From: Patescibacteria group bacterium
GTDB taxonomy: Bacteria > Patescibacteriota > Patescibacteriia > JAHJFT01
Length of the DNA stretch: 64,000 bases
Direction of reading: 5' to 3'
NCBI GenBank assembly: GCA_028710985.1
Contig: JAQTTB010000001.1
Coordinates: 587,014-651,013, forward strand
Shown: piece by piece, positions 17,568-27,521 of the stretch
Position numbering within the stretch: position 1 is the first letter of the stretch
How the letters are laid out: each line of letters starts with the position of its first letter
The notes under the pieces: generated by a model
Database searches by the model: none
Seen by the model: only the letters and a program-made list of their open reading frames with translations
Told to the model about the DNA's origin: nothing
Position numbers and translations under genes: made by a program

Positions 17568-19745
17568 ATGAATAAAAATTCCGTATTTTTTAGGAAATTT
17601 TTAGTTTTCGTGTTCGCGCTTGCCACGGTCATGTGTGGCATTTTCATCGCCGACCGCATGATTCTGGCTTGGACCGGACCGACCGGCGTGCCGCCCGCGA
17701 ATAACACCCCGGGCGTTATCTGGAATTTGCCGGTCACGAGTTCAGCCCAAACCGCGGAATTTAATATTTCCGGTTCGGGCAAATTGAGCGGGGACATTTA
17801 TCTCACAAACAATAAAGCCATCCGCGCCGACGCAGCCGGCATTACCACAATCTGGTTTGGCAACTGGGGAGCCGGGGCGACAGGTTTTAAGCTCGGCGTA
17901 ACTGATGACATCGAGGCGCTCGGCACAATCACGGCCACGGAATATTGTCTCAATGGTTTTTGCATTACGGCTTGGCCAGCGCCCGGCGGCAGCGGCGACA
18001 TCACCGCAGTCACGGCCGGCACCGGTCTCTCGGGTGGTGGTGCCTCGGGCGACGTCACTTTGAATGCCGATACAACCTATCTCCAGCGCCGGGTTTCCGG
18101 CGTCTGCGCTGACGGTTCATCTATCCGCGTTATCAATGCCGACGGCACGGTTACTTGCGAAACCGATGATTCGGGCGTGGGCGGCGGGGGAGACATTACC
18201 GGCGTCACGGCCGGCGCCGGACTTTCGGGCGGCGGCCTTACGGGCGATGTGGCCCTTTCGATTGATTATGGACAAACTCAGAAAAGAGTAAATAATCCAT
18301 GTCCGGACGGACAGGCGATAAATTACATTGGCAGCGATGGTTCAGTTTTCTGCGTGGCAGTTGGTGTCGGAACGGGCGATCTGACGGATGTTTTAGCTGG
18401 CGGCGGCATCAATGTGACAAATTCGGGCGGCCCTCAACCGAGCGTGGCCATTAATCCTACCTACACTCAACGAAGAGTTTCATCGTCTTGTGCGGCCGGC
18501 ACATCCATCAGGGTGATAAATGAAGACGGCACGGTTTCGTGCCAGCCGGATACAAATGCCGGTGGCGACATCACCGGCGTTACGGCCGGTACCGGACTTA
18601 CGGGCGGCGGAGTTTCGGGCGACGTTGCATTAAGCGTGGATACGGCTTATCTCCAGAGAAGAGTATCCGGCACCTGCGCGGCGGGAAATTCAATCCGTAC
18701 CGTGAATGTCGACGGAACTGTGGCTTGTGAAACCGACGATGTCGGCACTGGCGATCTGACCGATCTGATTGCCGACCTTGGCATAAACATTGTTTCTCCC
18801 GAAGGGCCAATTCCGCGCATTTCCGTGAATACCTCCGTGATTCAAAAACAAGTTGGCGGCAGTTGCGTCGCTGGCCAGTCAATCCGGCAGATCAACACCG
18901 ACGGCACAGTTCTCTGCGAAGTTGACGATAATGCCGGTGGCGATATTACCGGTGTTACGGCCGGCACCAATCTCTCCGGCGGCGGCGTGAGCGGCGATGT
19001 CACCATTAATGTAATCGATTCGCCGACCTTTGCCGGTGCGCTTGGCGTAAACGGCCAGGCGATGAGCGCCACAGTCGGCATTCAGTCGCAGGGCACCGCA
19101 GCCGGTGGATATTTCGTTGATTCTAATAATACCGGCACCTACGCCTATCTCGGTTTTGGTACGTATGGCGTACAGGCCGTCGGTACCAGTATCGGCGTTT
19201 ATGGAACTGGCGCGACGTATGGCGGTTATTTTTATGATTCCACATCCTTGATGAGTGCTCGCCTTGCTTATGAAAGTTATGGTCTCTATACTTCTGGCAA
19301 TGTATATATCGGGGGGGCTTGTACCGGCGGCGGCACCTGCGACGAGGATGTTGCCGAATACATTGATTCATATTCCGGGGTTGAAGCCGGGGACGTGGTA
19401 GAAATTAGTTCTGACGGACGGGCAAGGAAATCAACCCAGGCATACAGCACCAAAGTCATTGGCGTTATCTCCACCAATCCGGCGATTATTTTTCCGGGCG
19501 GCAACGAAGGTGATGATAAACAAGCCAATCGCGAGCCGCTCGCACTCTCGGGAATCGTGCCAGTTAAAGTTTCAACCGAAAACGGCGTGATTCAGGCCGG
19601 CGATCTTCTCACGAGTTCAAACACTCCGGGCCATGCCATGCGCTGCACGGACAAAGTTCAATGCGGCGGAGCAATCATCGGCAAGGCCCTTGAATCATTT
19701 TCTGGAAAGGCCGGGACTATTAAGATGATCGTAACTCTTCAATAA
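17568..19745 (+). CDS. Secreted repetitive fibre-like protein with C-terminal intramolecular-chaperone-like domain
   Basis: Signal/TM segment; about 5.5 repeats of GDITGVTAGTGLxGGGxSGDVxL...QRRVSGxC..G.SIR.IN.DGTV.C; C-terminal DVAEY..EAGDVV..VIGVISTNP..G.VPVKV..GDLLTSS..GKAL. Confidence 0.75.
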   Translation: MNKNSVFFRKFLVFVFALATVMCGIFIADRMILAWTGPTGVPPANNTPGVIWNLPVTSSAQTAEFNISGSGKLSGDIYLTNNKAIRADAAGITTIWFGNWGAGATGFKLGVTDDIEALGTITATEYCLNGFCITAWPAPGGSGDITAVTAGTGLSGGGASGDVTLNADTTYLQRRVSGVCADGSSIRVINADGTVTCETDDSGVGGGGDITGVTAGAGLSGGGLTGDVALSIDYGQTQKRVNNPCPDGQAINYIGSDGSVFCVAVGVGTGDLTDVLAGGGINVTNSGGPQPSVAINPTYTQRRVSSSCAAGTSIRVINEDGTVSCQPDTNAGGDITGVTAGTGLTGGGVSGDVALSVDTAYLQRRVSGTCAAGNSIRTVNVDGTVACETDDVGTGDLTDLIADLGINIVSPEGPIPRISVNTSVIQKQVGGSCVAGQSIRQINTDGTVLCEVDDNAGGDITGVTAGTNLSGGGVSGDVTINVIDSPTFAGALGVNGQAMSATVGIQSQGTAAGGYFVDSNNTGTYAYLGFGTYGVQAVGTSIGVYGTGATYGGYFYDSTSLMSARLAYESYGLYTSGNVYIGGACTGGGTCDEDVAEYIDSYSGVEAGDVVEISSDGRARKSTQAYSTKVIGVISTNPAIIFPGGNEGDDKQANREPLALSGIVPVKVSTENGVIQAGDLLTSSNTPGHAMRCTDKVQCGGAIIGKALESFSGKAGTIKMIVTLQ

Positions 19746-19762
19746 ATAATAGAATATCAGTT

Positions 19763-19821
19763 AATCGGTGAATCAGTGGATCGGGACGAAAAACCCGATT
19801 CACCGATTCACCGATTCACCG
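19763..19821. repeat. Inverted octamer tandem array (AATCGGTG/CACCGATT)
   Basis: aatcggtg aatcagtg gatcggg ... cccgatt caccgatt caccgatt caccg, directly before the cysS ATG. Confidence 0.8.
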
Positions 19822-19824
19822 TTT

Positions 19825-21219
19825 ATGCTCCAGCTTTACAACACCTTAACTCGCAAAAAGGACGAATTTGTTCCCATCAAAAACAAAGCAGTGGGGTTGT
19901 ACACCTGCGGTCCGACTGTTTATGATTTTGCGCACCTCGGCAATCTGCGCACTTATATTTTTGAGGATATCCTGAAACGCGTTTTGAAATTCAACGGCTT
20001 CCGCGTCAGGCATGTGATGAATGTTACCGATGTCGGTCATCTGGTTTCCGATGCCGATGAGGGCGAAGACAAAATGATGAAAGCGCTGAATCGCGAAAAG
20101 CTCGAGCCGTCGGTCGCTTCGCTCAAAAAACTCGCGGACAAGTATTTTGAAATATTTAAAAAAGATATTTCCGAGCTTAATATTCTTGAACCCGATGTCT
20201 GGTGCAAAGCCACCGGCCACATTAAAGAACAGATCAATCTCATTGAAACCCTGGTGCAAAAAGGTTTTGCCTATGAAACCGCGGACGGCATATATTTTAA
20301 CACGTCAAAATTAAAAGATTACGGTAAGCTCTCGGGCCAGGCTCGCGAAGAGCTTGAACCCGGAGCGCGGGTCGCGCTGAATCCGGAAAAAAGAAACCCG
20401 ACTGATTTCGCGCTCTGGATGAAGGCCGTCGGCAAGCACGCGAGCCATCTCATGCGCTGGCCAAGCCTCTGGGGGGACGGATTCCCGGGTTGGCATATTG
20501 AATGCTCGGCCATGAGCCGCAAATACCTGGGACAGCCGTTTGATATCCATTGCGGCGGCATTGACCATGTGTCCATTCACCACACCAATGAAATCGCCCA
20601 GAGCGAGGCGGCTTACGGAACACCGCTCGCTAATTTTTGGCTGCACGGTGAGTTTCTGACCGTGGCCGAAGGCAAGATGGCAAAATCCAGCGGTACGTTT
20701 ATTACTCTCGAAGAAGTTGTGAAAAAGAAAATTTGCCCGCTCGCGTATCGTTATCTCTGCCTCACGGCCCAATACCGTTCAAAGCTCAATTTTACCTGGG
20801 AGTCGCTAAAAGCCGCGGAAAGCGCTCTCGTCGCTCTCTCGGCTGAGTCCCAGTACTGGAAAAAACCGACTAAGCCCAATGCCGAGTGGATGGAAAAATT
20901 TACTCAGGCAATAAACGACGATCTGGACATGCCGCGGGCAATCGCCCTGCTTTGGTACGTAGTTAAAACGCGCGACGACGGGAGTAAAGCCGCTACGGTT
21001 CTGGAGTTTGATAAAATTTTTGGCCTGGGCCTCAAGGGTTGCGTTGCCAAGCCGCCGAAGATTCCGGCAAGCGTAAAAAAATTGGTTCGCGAGCGCGAAA
21101 GAGCGCGTGAGTCGCGGGAGTTCGCGCAAGCTGATAGCCTTCGCGGGGAAATTGAAAAAGCCGGCTTTACGGTTGAAGACACGGCCGACGGCGCGGTTAT
21201 CAGAATAAAAATTGCGTAA
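19825..21219 (+). CDS. cysS: Cysteine--tRNA ligase
   Basis: YTCGPTVY, HLGN, PGWHIECSAM, HHTNEIAQ, KMAKS. Confidence 0.97.
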   Translation: MLQLYNTLTRKKDEFVPIKNKAVGLYTCGPTVYDFAHLGNLRTYIFEDILKRVLKFNGFRVRHVMNVTDVGHLVSDADEGEDKMMKALNREKLEPSVASLKKLADKYFEIFKKDISELNILEPDVWCKATGHIKEQINLIETLVQKGFAYETADGIYFNTSKLKDYGKLSGQAREELEPGARVALNPEKRNPTDFALWMKAVGKHASHLMRWPSLWGDGFPGWHIECSAMSRKYLGQPFDIHCGGIDHVSIHHTNEIAQSEAAYGTPLANFWLHGEFLTVAEGKMAKSSGTFITLEEVVKKKICPLAYRYLCLTAQYRSKLNFTWESLKAAESALVALSAESQYWKKPTKPNAEWMEKFTQAINDDLDMPRAIALLWYVVKTRDDGSKAATVLEFDKIFGLGLKGCVAKPPKIPASVKKLVRERERARESREFAQADSLRGEIEKAGFTVEDTADGAVIRIKIA

Positions 21220-21251
21220 GTTTGCGAAAAATAGTATAATTTGGCTGTATT

Positions 21252-21740
21252 ATGGCTGAAGAAAAATCCATCAATTCGCCGGAAACCGGCGCTCCGGAGC
21301 GGGAAATCGTGACCATGCCTGAAGCGGTTGAAAAACAGCTTGAAGCGGAAATTGAATTTGTCCCGGTAGAGAAAACTCCCGAATCCGCCGAAGCGCCCCG
21401 TCCGGCTGCTCCCCCGACTGCGGTCGGAGCCCCGGCCGCACTCAAGGATCCGACCACCGCGGCAGTTGAAAAAATTTTGGAGCAGGACCTCGGCGATCTC
21501 TACGTCAAGCTCGACCCCGAAACGAAGAAGATACTGCGCGCACGCGGAGACATTCTGACCGAAAAGCTTAAAGCCGCGGTGAGCGGCGCGCGCGTCAAGG
21601 CGCGCAAGATTCTTTCCTGGATCCGGGAGTGGCTCCGGCTCATCCCGGGAATAAATAAGTATTTTTTGGAGCAAGAGGCAAAAATAAAAACCGATAAAAT
21701 TCTGGAGCTCGCGGAAGAGCAAAACAAAAAGCAAATATAA
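21252..21740 (+). CDS. Hypothetical protein
   Basis: 162-aa ORF; low-complexity N-terminus; WLRLIPGINKYFLEQEAKIKTD C-terminal block; operonic. Confidence 0.8.
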   Translation: MAEEKSINSPETGAPEREIVTMPEAVEKQLEAEIEFVPVEKTPESAEAPRPAAPPTAVGAPAALKDPTTAAVEKILEQDLGDLYVKLDPETKKILRARGDILTEKLKAAVSGARVKARKILSWIREWLRLIPGINKYFLEQEAKIKTDKILELAEEQNKKQI

Positions 21741-21748
21741 AATAAAAT

Positions 21749-24298
21749 ATGCAGGTAGAAATCGGAGATGTACAACTTGCTGGTTTATTTTCGGAGCCAT
21801 GGATGATTTTTATTTATTATGTATTGGGGATAATCGCGATTATGGTTATCCTTATTTTTATTGTGCGCGCCATTCTTCAGCGCAAGGCGCATTTAAAGGG
21901 TGGTGCTTTTGAAAAAATAATTTTGCACATCACGGTTCCGAAGATTTCCACGGAAGAAAAAAATGCAACGGCCGACACTTTGCAAAAAATCCAGGAAGAA
22001 ATCGGCGTGGCCGAAACATTTTTTACATCCATCGGCGGTATGAAGGAACAGAAGGGTTTTCGGGCCTGGCTTATGGGCCGGGAGGATGAAATCGCCTTTG
22101 AAATGGTGGCCGAGGGCGGATTAATCCATTTTTATGTGGCCGTGCCGAGCTATCTCAGGGTTTATTTTGAAGAACAGCTCCATGCCCAATATCACAACGC
22201 CCAGATTGAAGAAACCGAAGACTACAATATTTTTTCTCCGCGCGGCGTGATTCTGGGGAGTTATCTTGTTTTCACGCGGCCTCATTATTTTCCAATAAAA
22301 ACCTATCGCAAATCCGAAACCGAACCCCTGAACGCTTTAACTAACGCGCTTTCGCGCATTGACGAAAACGACGGCGCGGCGATTCAGTTTATCGTGCGTT
22401 CGGCGGCGCCCAAATGGCGCAGGCGCGGAGTATATATCGCGACCCAGATGCAGCAGGGAAAAAAACTCTCTCAGGTTGAAAAAAAGAAAGGACTGGTGAA
22501 GGGTTTGGCCAAGTCATTCAGCTCGGCCATTGCTACCCCACCCAAAACTCCGGGAGGCGCGGCTAAGACGTCGCCTGAACCGTACCACTTGTCTCCGCTC
22601 GAGGAAGAAATGATAAAGGGCCTCGAGGAAAAGGCTTCAAAGGCCGGCATGGATGTGAATATCCGTGTAATTGTTTCGGCCGCTGACGCGCCTCGCGCCC
22701 AAATGTACCTTAGCAACATTTTGAATGCTTTTTCGCAATACAGCATCTATCAGTTTGGCAATGCTTTTAAAAAGTATATTCCTCCTACGCGCAAGAGGTT
22801 GATTCGTGATTTTATCTACCGCGGCTTCAATGAGCGGGCGCGCATTGTTCTGAATACCGAAGAAATGGCCAGTGTTTTCCATCTGCCCGGTCCGTGGATT
22901 GAAACACCAAATATCAATTGGATGGAGGCGCGCAAGGCCCCGCCGCCGGTTAATCTGCCCAAAGAGGGTATCACACTCGGCACGGCCGAATATCGCGGTA
23001 CGAGCCAGGAAGTAAAATTCAAAAAGAATGATCGCATGCGCCATTTTTACGTCATCGGTAAATCCGGCACTGGTAAAACTACGATTCTTAAGAACATGGT
23101 TTATCAGGATATCAAAAACGGGGAGGGCGTCTGCGTGATTGATCCGAACGGCGATTTCGCTGAGGACGCGCTCGGCTATGTGCCCAAAGAGCGGGTTGAC
23201 GACGTTATTTATTTTGACCCGTCGGACATGGCCCGGCCGATCGGTTTGAACATGCTTGAATCCAAAACCGAGTCTCTCAAGGATTTTGCCATTCAGGAAA
23301 TGATCGCGATTTTTTATAAATTGTTCACCGCCGAAATGATCGGCCCGATGTTCGAGCACAACATGCGCAATGTCATGCTCACCCTCATGTGCGATAATGA
23401 AAATCCCGGCACCATCGTTGAAATTCCGCGCATGTTTACGGACCAGGAATTTGCCAACACCTGGATCGCCAAGCTCAAGGATCCGGTGGTGCGCGCTTTT
23501 TGGGAAAAAGAAATGGCCAAAACTTCGGATTTCCACAAATCCGAAATGCTCGGCTACCTCATCTCCAAAGTCGGCCGATTTATTGAGAACGAGATGATGC
23601 GCAATATCATCGGCCAGCCGAAAAGCGGCTTCAATTTCCGCGAGGTCATGGACCAGGGTAAGATTCTTATTATCAATCTTTCCAAGGGCAAGGTCGGCGA
23701 CGTGAACGCCAACCTACTCGGCCTCATCATTGTTTCCAAATTGCAGATGGCCGCGTTTCAGCGCGCCGATGTGCCCGAAGAGCAGAGAAAGCCTTTTTAT
23801 TTATACATTGACGAGTTTCAGAATTTTATCACCGACTCCATCGCTATTATCCTTTCCGAGGCCAGAAAGTATAGCCTGTCTCTTAATGTTGCCCATCAAT
23901 ATATGGGTCAGCTCATCGGTGACAAGGGCGACACCAAGATCCGCGACGCCATCATGGGCAATGCCGGCACCATCGCTTGCTACCGTATCGGCCCGGAGGA
24001 CGCGGAAATCATGGAAAAAGAATTCGCGCCGGTTTTTTCGGCACACGATCTCATTAACGTTGAAAAGTTTACCTGTTATCTTAAGCTTTTGATTGACGGC
24101 GCCGCGGCCAAGCCATTCAACCTCAGCGTCAGCAAGCCGCCCGAGCCCAACCGCGAACTTGCCCAGAAAATAAAAGAATTATCGCGCCTCAAATACGGCC
24201 GCGACCGCGCCGTTGTTGAAGCCGAAATCATGGAGCGCTCACAGCTCGGCGGCTCGGTCCGCGCCGCCGGAACGCCTTTAAGCGAGTCTTCTACGTAA
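21749..24298 (+). CDS. TraD/VirB4/HerA-like (DUF87) membrane ATPase
   Basis: Walker A GKSGTGKT, VIDPNGD, Walker B LYIDEFQNF, LSEARKY, AHQY. Confidence 0.88.
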   Translation: MQVEIGDVQLAGLFSEPWMIFIYYVLGIIAIMVILIFIVRAILQRKAHLKGGAFEKIILHITVPKISTEEKNATADTLQKIQEEIGVAETFFTSIGGMKEQKGFRAWLMGREDEIAFEMVAEGGLIHFYVAVPSYLRVYFEEQLHAQYHNAQIEETEDYNIFSPRGVILGSYLVFTRPHYFPIKTYRKSETEPLNALTNALSRIDENDGAAIQFIVRSAAPKWRRRGVYIATQMQQGKKLSQVEKKKGLVKGLAKSFSSAIATPPKTPGGAAKTSPEPYHLSPLEEEMIKGLEEKASKAGMDVNIRVIVSAADAPRAQMYLSNILNAFSQYSIYQFGNAFKKYIPPTRKRLIRDFIYRGFNERARIVLNTEEMASVFHLPGPWIETPNINWMEARKAPPPVNLPKEGITLGTAEYRGTSQEVKFKKNDRMRHFYVIGKSGTGKTTILKNMVYQDIKNGEGVCVIDPNGDFAEDALGYVPKERVDDVIYFDPSDMARPIGLNMLESKTESLKDFAIQEMIAIFYKLFTAEMIGPMFEHNMRNVMLTLMCDNENPGTIVEIPRMFTDQEFANTWIAKLKDPVVRAFWEKEMAKTSDFHKSEMLGYLISKVGRFIENEMMRNIIGQPKSGFNFREVMDQGKILIINLSKGKVGDVNANLLGLIIVSKLQMAAFQRADVPEEQRKPFYLYIDEFQNFITDSIAIILSEARKYSLSLNVAHQYMGQLIGDKGDTKIRDAIMGNAGTIACYRIGPEDAEIMEKEFAPVFSAHDLINVEKFTCYLKLLIDGAAAKPFNLSVSKPPEPNRELAQKIKELSRLKYGRDRAVVEAEIMERSQLGGSVRAAGTPLSESST

Positions 24299-24302
24299 AA
24301 AT

Positions 24303-24878
24303 ATGAACGATAACGATAGTGAAAATCAAAATCAGCCCGCCGCACAAAAGCAGGAAATTATTCTGAGGATACTGAAGCAGGTGCGCGAGAGCGTTGACGC
24401 CCTGATTAGCGTCGTTGAAGCCGGCAGCGAGGCGCCGCTCGCCGATCTGGAACGGTTCGCGTCGCAGGCCGTGCTTCCGACCGAGGCGAGCGAGACCGCC
24501 GAGGGCGGCCGCGTGATTGAGGGCGTGTTCAACGGCGAACAGATGGTCGGCTCCGACGGCCGCGAATATATGGTGCCGGCAAACTATGCTTCAAAATCAA
24601 AGCTCGTGGAAGGCGATATCTTAAAGCTCACGGTCACCGGCCAGGGAAATTTCATTTACAAGCAGATCGGGCCGATCGAACGCCAGCGCGTTGTCGGCGC
24701 CCTGGTGTATGAAAAAGAAAAAGACGAATATTTCGTGACCAGCGACCGCAAGACCTGGCGCGTGCTTCCGGCGAGTGTCACTTACTTTAAGGGCCAGGCC
24801 GGAGACGAAGCCGTGATCCTCGTGCCCAAAGACGCGCCTAGCTCCTGGGCGGCTGTAGAGAATATCATCCGGAAATAA
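24303..24878 (+). CDS. Hypothetical protein
   Basis: 191-aa ORF; IEGVFNGEQMVGSDG...PANYASKSKLVEGD; operonic. Confidence 0.8.
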   Translation: MNDNDSENQNQPAAQKQEIILRILKQVRESVDALISVVEAGSEAPLADLERFASQAVLPTEASETAEGGRVIEGVFNGEQMVGSDGREYMVPANYASKSKLVEGDILKLTVTGQGNFIYKQIGPIERQRVVGALVYEKEKDEYFVTSDRKTWRVLPASVTYFKGQAGDEAVILVPKDAPSSWAAVENIIRK

Positions 24879-24955
24879 GTTTTGCAAAACAACGGTTGAC
24901 AATTCCGTTGTTTTTGTTATGCTTTTGCTTAGTTCATTGACAAGGAGGAAAAACC

Positions 24956-25891
24956 ATGAGCGCCCAACGTGACATGCAGGGCGCCACTGGCGTCATGCAA
25001 ATTTCCACACATTCCGGCGGCAGGTTCACTGTTCAGAAAAACCGTCTTCTCACGCGCAAAGAAGTAGACGGTCTGAGCCGGCTCAAGAACATTAGAAACC
25101 GGCGAGGCAAAAGGACGCGCCGGAGCCAGGCCGCGTTTGACGAGCTCGTTCTAAGGAACACCCGTCTTGTTACCAGCACAGCATTGCGGTATCCGGTTCG
25201 CGGCGTTGAGCTTGGAGATTGCTTTCAGGAAGGGATAATCGGCCTGATCGTCGGCGTGGAAAAGTACGATCATCGGCGAAAATGCACCTTAAGCACTTAC
25301 GCCACATGGTGGATCCGTCATAGCATTCTGCGTTTTCTCTGGGATCAGCGCGGCGATATTCACGTGGGCTGCAACATGGATCAGACCCTCATGAGAATCG
25401 CCCGCGCCAGGCACAAATACCACGTTCTGCACGGCCATTATCCGACCCGCGAAGAGGCCGCCCGGCTGATTGGGCTTAGCCCGCTTCAGTGTCGCAAGTT
25501 GGTGCGTAATTCGTACCTGACCAAGCAGATTATTAACGGAAACGAACCGTCCGGTGACAACACGATTCATGAATCCGAACTCGCGAGTGATGAACCGGCG
25601 GATACGACCGCCGAACACGACCGCCGCAACCTCCGCCGCTTGCTCGGGGAGGTGCTCGTCGAAGCCGAGGCGCAATGCGCCAAAGCCGATGCGAAAACGC
25701 AAGCCAGAAAAATGCGCAATCTCTCAATCGTGTGTGATCTGGCGGTGGGTCAAGAGTCAGGACGAGCTGTCGGCCGCCGCTATGGAATTTCCCGCCAGTG
25801 CGTGCAGCAAATATGCAAACGCGAATTTCGGCTCCTGCGCGACCTTCTCAAAGCGCGTAACGTTACTGTGGATGATATCCCCACGGCCTGA
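24956..25891 (+). CDS. Alternative sigma70-family factor (RpoD/RpoS-like regions 2-4)
   Basis: LVLRNTRLV, DCFQEGIIGLIVGVEKYD, STYATWWIRHSI, region 4 VGRRYGISRQCVQQI; own promoter and AAGGAGG. Confidence 0.85.
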   Translation: MSAQRDMQGATGVMQISTHSGGRFTVQKNRLLTRKEVDGLSRLKNIRNRRGKRTRRSQAAFDELVLRNTRLVTSTALRYPVRGVELGDCFQEGIIGLIVGVEKYDHRRKCTLSTYATWWIRHSILRFLWDQRGDIHVGCNMDQTLMRIARARHKYHVLHGHYPTREEAARLIGLSPLQCRKLVRNSYLTKQIINGNEPSGDNTIHESELASDEPADTTAEHDRRNLRRLLGEVLVEAEAQCAKADAKTQARKMRNLSIVCDLAVGQESGRAVGRRYGISRQCVQQICKREFRLLRDLLKARNVTVDDIPTA

Positions 25892-25975
25892 CGATCCCGC
25901 CTCCTCGGGGTCGTCGTTTTTTTTGCAAGCTGCCTATTGAAAAAAATCTTGTTTTATTCTAAAATATGGGTACTT

Positions 25976-27511
25976 ATGGCATTAACGCTTTATAGAAAAT
26001 ATCGGCCGCAAAAGTTCTCCGAAGTTACGAATCAGGAGCATGTTAAGATTACCCTGGAGAATCAGATAACCATGGGCCAGGTGGCTCATGCCTATCTTTT
26101 TGCCGGGCCGCGCGGCGTGGGCAAAACCACCCTGGCGCGCATTCTGGCTAAGGCGGTCAACTGCCTGGAGCGCAAAGACAAGGAATCCGAACCCTGCAAC
26201 AAGTGCCGTTCCTGCGAAGAAATCGTGGCCAACCGGGCCATGGATATCGTGGAAATTGACGCCGCCTCCCACACCGGCGTCGAGAACGTGCGCGCCAATA
26301 TTATTGAAAACGTCCGTTTTAGCCCGGTGAGCCTCAAGCACAAGGTTTTCATCATTGACGAGGCACATATGCTTTCAACCTCGGCGTTCAACGCCCTGCT
26401 TAAGACCCTGGAAGAGCCGCCCGAGCGCGTCATCTTTATTCTCGCCACCACCGAGGCGCACAAAATTCCATCCACCATTATTTCGCGCTGCCAGCGCTTT
26501 GATTTCAAAAAGATCAGCGTAAATGAAATCGCCAAGCGCCTTGAATATATTGTCGCCGAGGAGGGGATTAAGGTTGAGCGTCCGGTGCTTGAACGCATCG
26601 CCCGGCTTTCCGAGGGCTGCGTGCGCGATTCCGAAAGCCTGCTCGCGCAGATTCTCGCGCTTGATGATAAAAAGATTTCCATGGAGCAGGCCGAGCTTGT
26701 TTTGCCGCGCACGAATTTTGACCAGGTGATTGAATTCTTGTCCGCCGTGAGCCGCCGCGATGCTCGCTCCGGCGTTGAGCTCGTGAACCGGCTTGCCGAA
26801 GACGGAGTTGACATGCGGCAGTTTTCGTCCGAGTGCCTGGAATTTATGCGCAATCTTCTTCTTGCGAAAATCGCCGGGCAGAACGCCGAACTCATGGCCG
26901 GCTGGAGCACGGAAATTCAGAATACCATTAACCAGATTCTTTCGGCCTGGACAGCCGCGGATATTGCCCGCGTGATTGAGCTCATGCTCGTAAAACAGCA
27001 CGACCTGAAATCCGCGTCGCCGGCGCAATTGCCGCTCGAGTTATTCGTGATTGAGGCAATCGGCGAGGAAGCGCCGTCTTTTAAGCCGGCAGAAAAGATT
27101 GCCGCCCCGGCTCCGGAAAAAAAATTCCGCGAACCCCGCCTGCCATGTCCGGCAAGGCCTGGCGGGCAGGCCCGCGTAAGCCTTGACCAAATTCATGAGA
27201 AGTGGCACGATTTCCTCTCCGGTCTTTCTGACGCCAATCAGTCGCTCAATCTGATATTGAGCGTGAGCAAGCCCACGGCAATGAACGGCGATACTTTGGA
27301 AATTGCTTGCAAATATAAATTTCATTGTGACCAGATTATGGCCGAACGCAACCGCCGCCCTGCCGAAGACGCGCTCTCCGCGCTGCTCGGCGAAAAAATT
27401 ATGATTCAGGCCGTGGTGCAGGACGATTTGCCAGTTGAACTCGCCGAAGAAGTCCCGGCCGCCACGGTCAATTCCGCGCTCCAGGAATTCGGCGGAAAGG
27501 TGATTGAATGA
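25976..27511 (+). CDS. dnaX: DNA polymerase III subunit gamma/tau
   Basis: LYRKYRP, GPRGVGKTT, zinc module PCNKCRSC, EIDAAS, IIDEAHML, SRC. Confidence 0.97.
   Translation: MALTLYRKYRPQKFSEVTNQEHVKITLENQITMGQVAHAYLFAGPRGVGKTTLARILAKAVNCLERKDKESEPCNKCRSCEEIVANRAMDIVEIDAASHTGVENVRANIIENVRFSPVSLKHKVFIIDEAHMLSTSAFNALLKTLEEPPERVIFILATTEAHKIPSTIISRCQRFDFKKISVNEIAKRLEYIVAEEGIKVERPVLERIARLSEGCVRDSESLLAQILALDDKKISMEQAELVLPRTNFDQVIEFLSAVSRRDARSGVELVNRLAEDGVDMRQFSSECLEFMRNLLLAKIAGQNAELMAGWSTEIQNTINQILSAWTAADIARVIELMLVKQHDLKSASPAQLPLELFVIEAIGEEAPSFKPAEKIAAPAPEKKFREPRLPCPARPGGQARVSLDQIHEKWHDFLSGLSDANQSLNLILSVSKPTAMNGDTLEIACKYKFHCDQIMAERNRRPAEDALSALLGEKIMIQAVVQDDLPVELAEEVPAATVNSALQEFGGKVIE
27139..27170. 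repeat. CCTGCC...GGCAGG palindromic element inside the dnaX linker
   Basis: cctgccatgtccggcaaggcctggcgggcagg; reading frame stays open. Confidence 0.6.
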
Positions 27512-27521
27512 TTTTAAATAT

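Noticed and set aside
17568-19745. Prophage tail gene
   Set aside because: It has an N-terminal export signal and there are no capsid, terminase or other phage genes in the window.
21749-24298. Conjugative or integrative element
   Set aside because: No relaxase, integrase, att sites or other T4SS genes; the ATPase is embedded among housekeeping genes.
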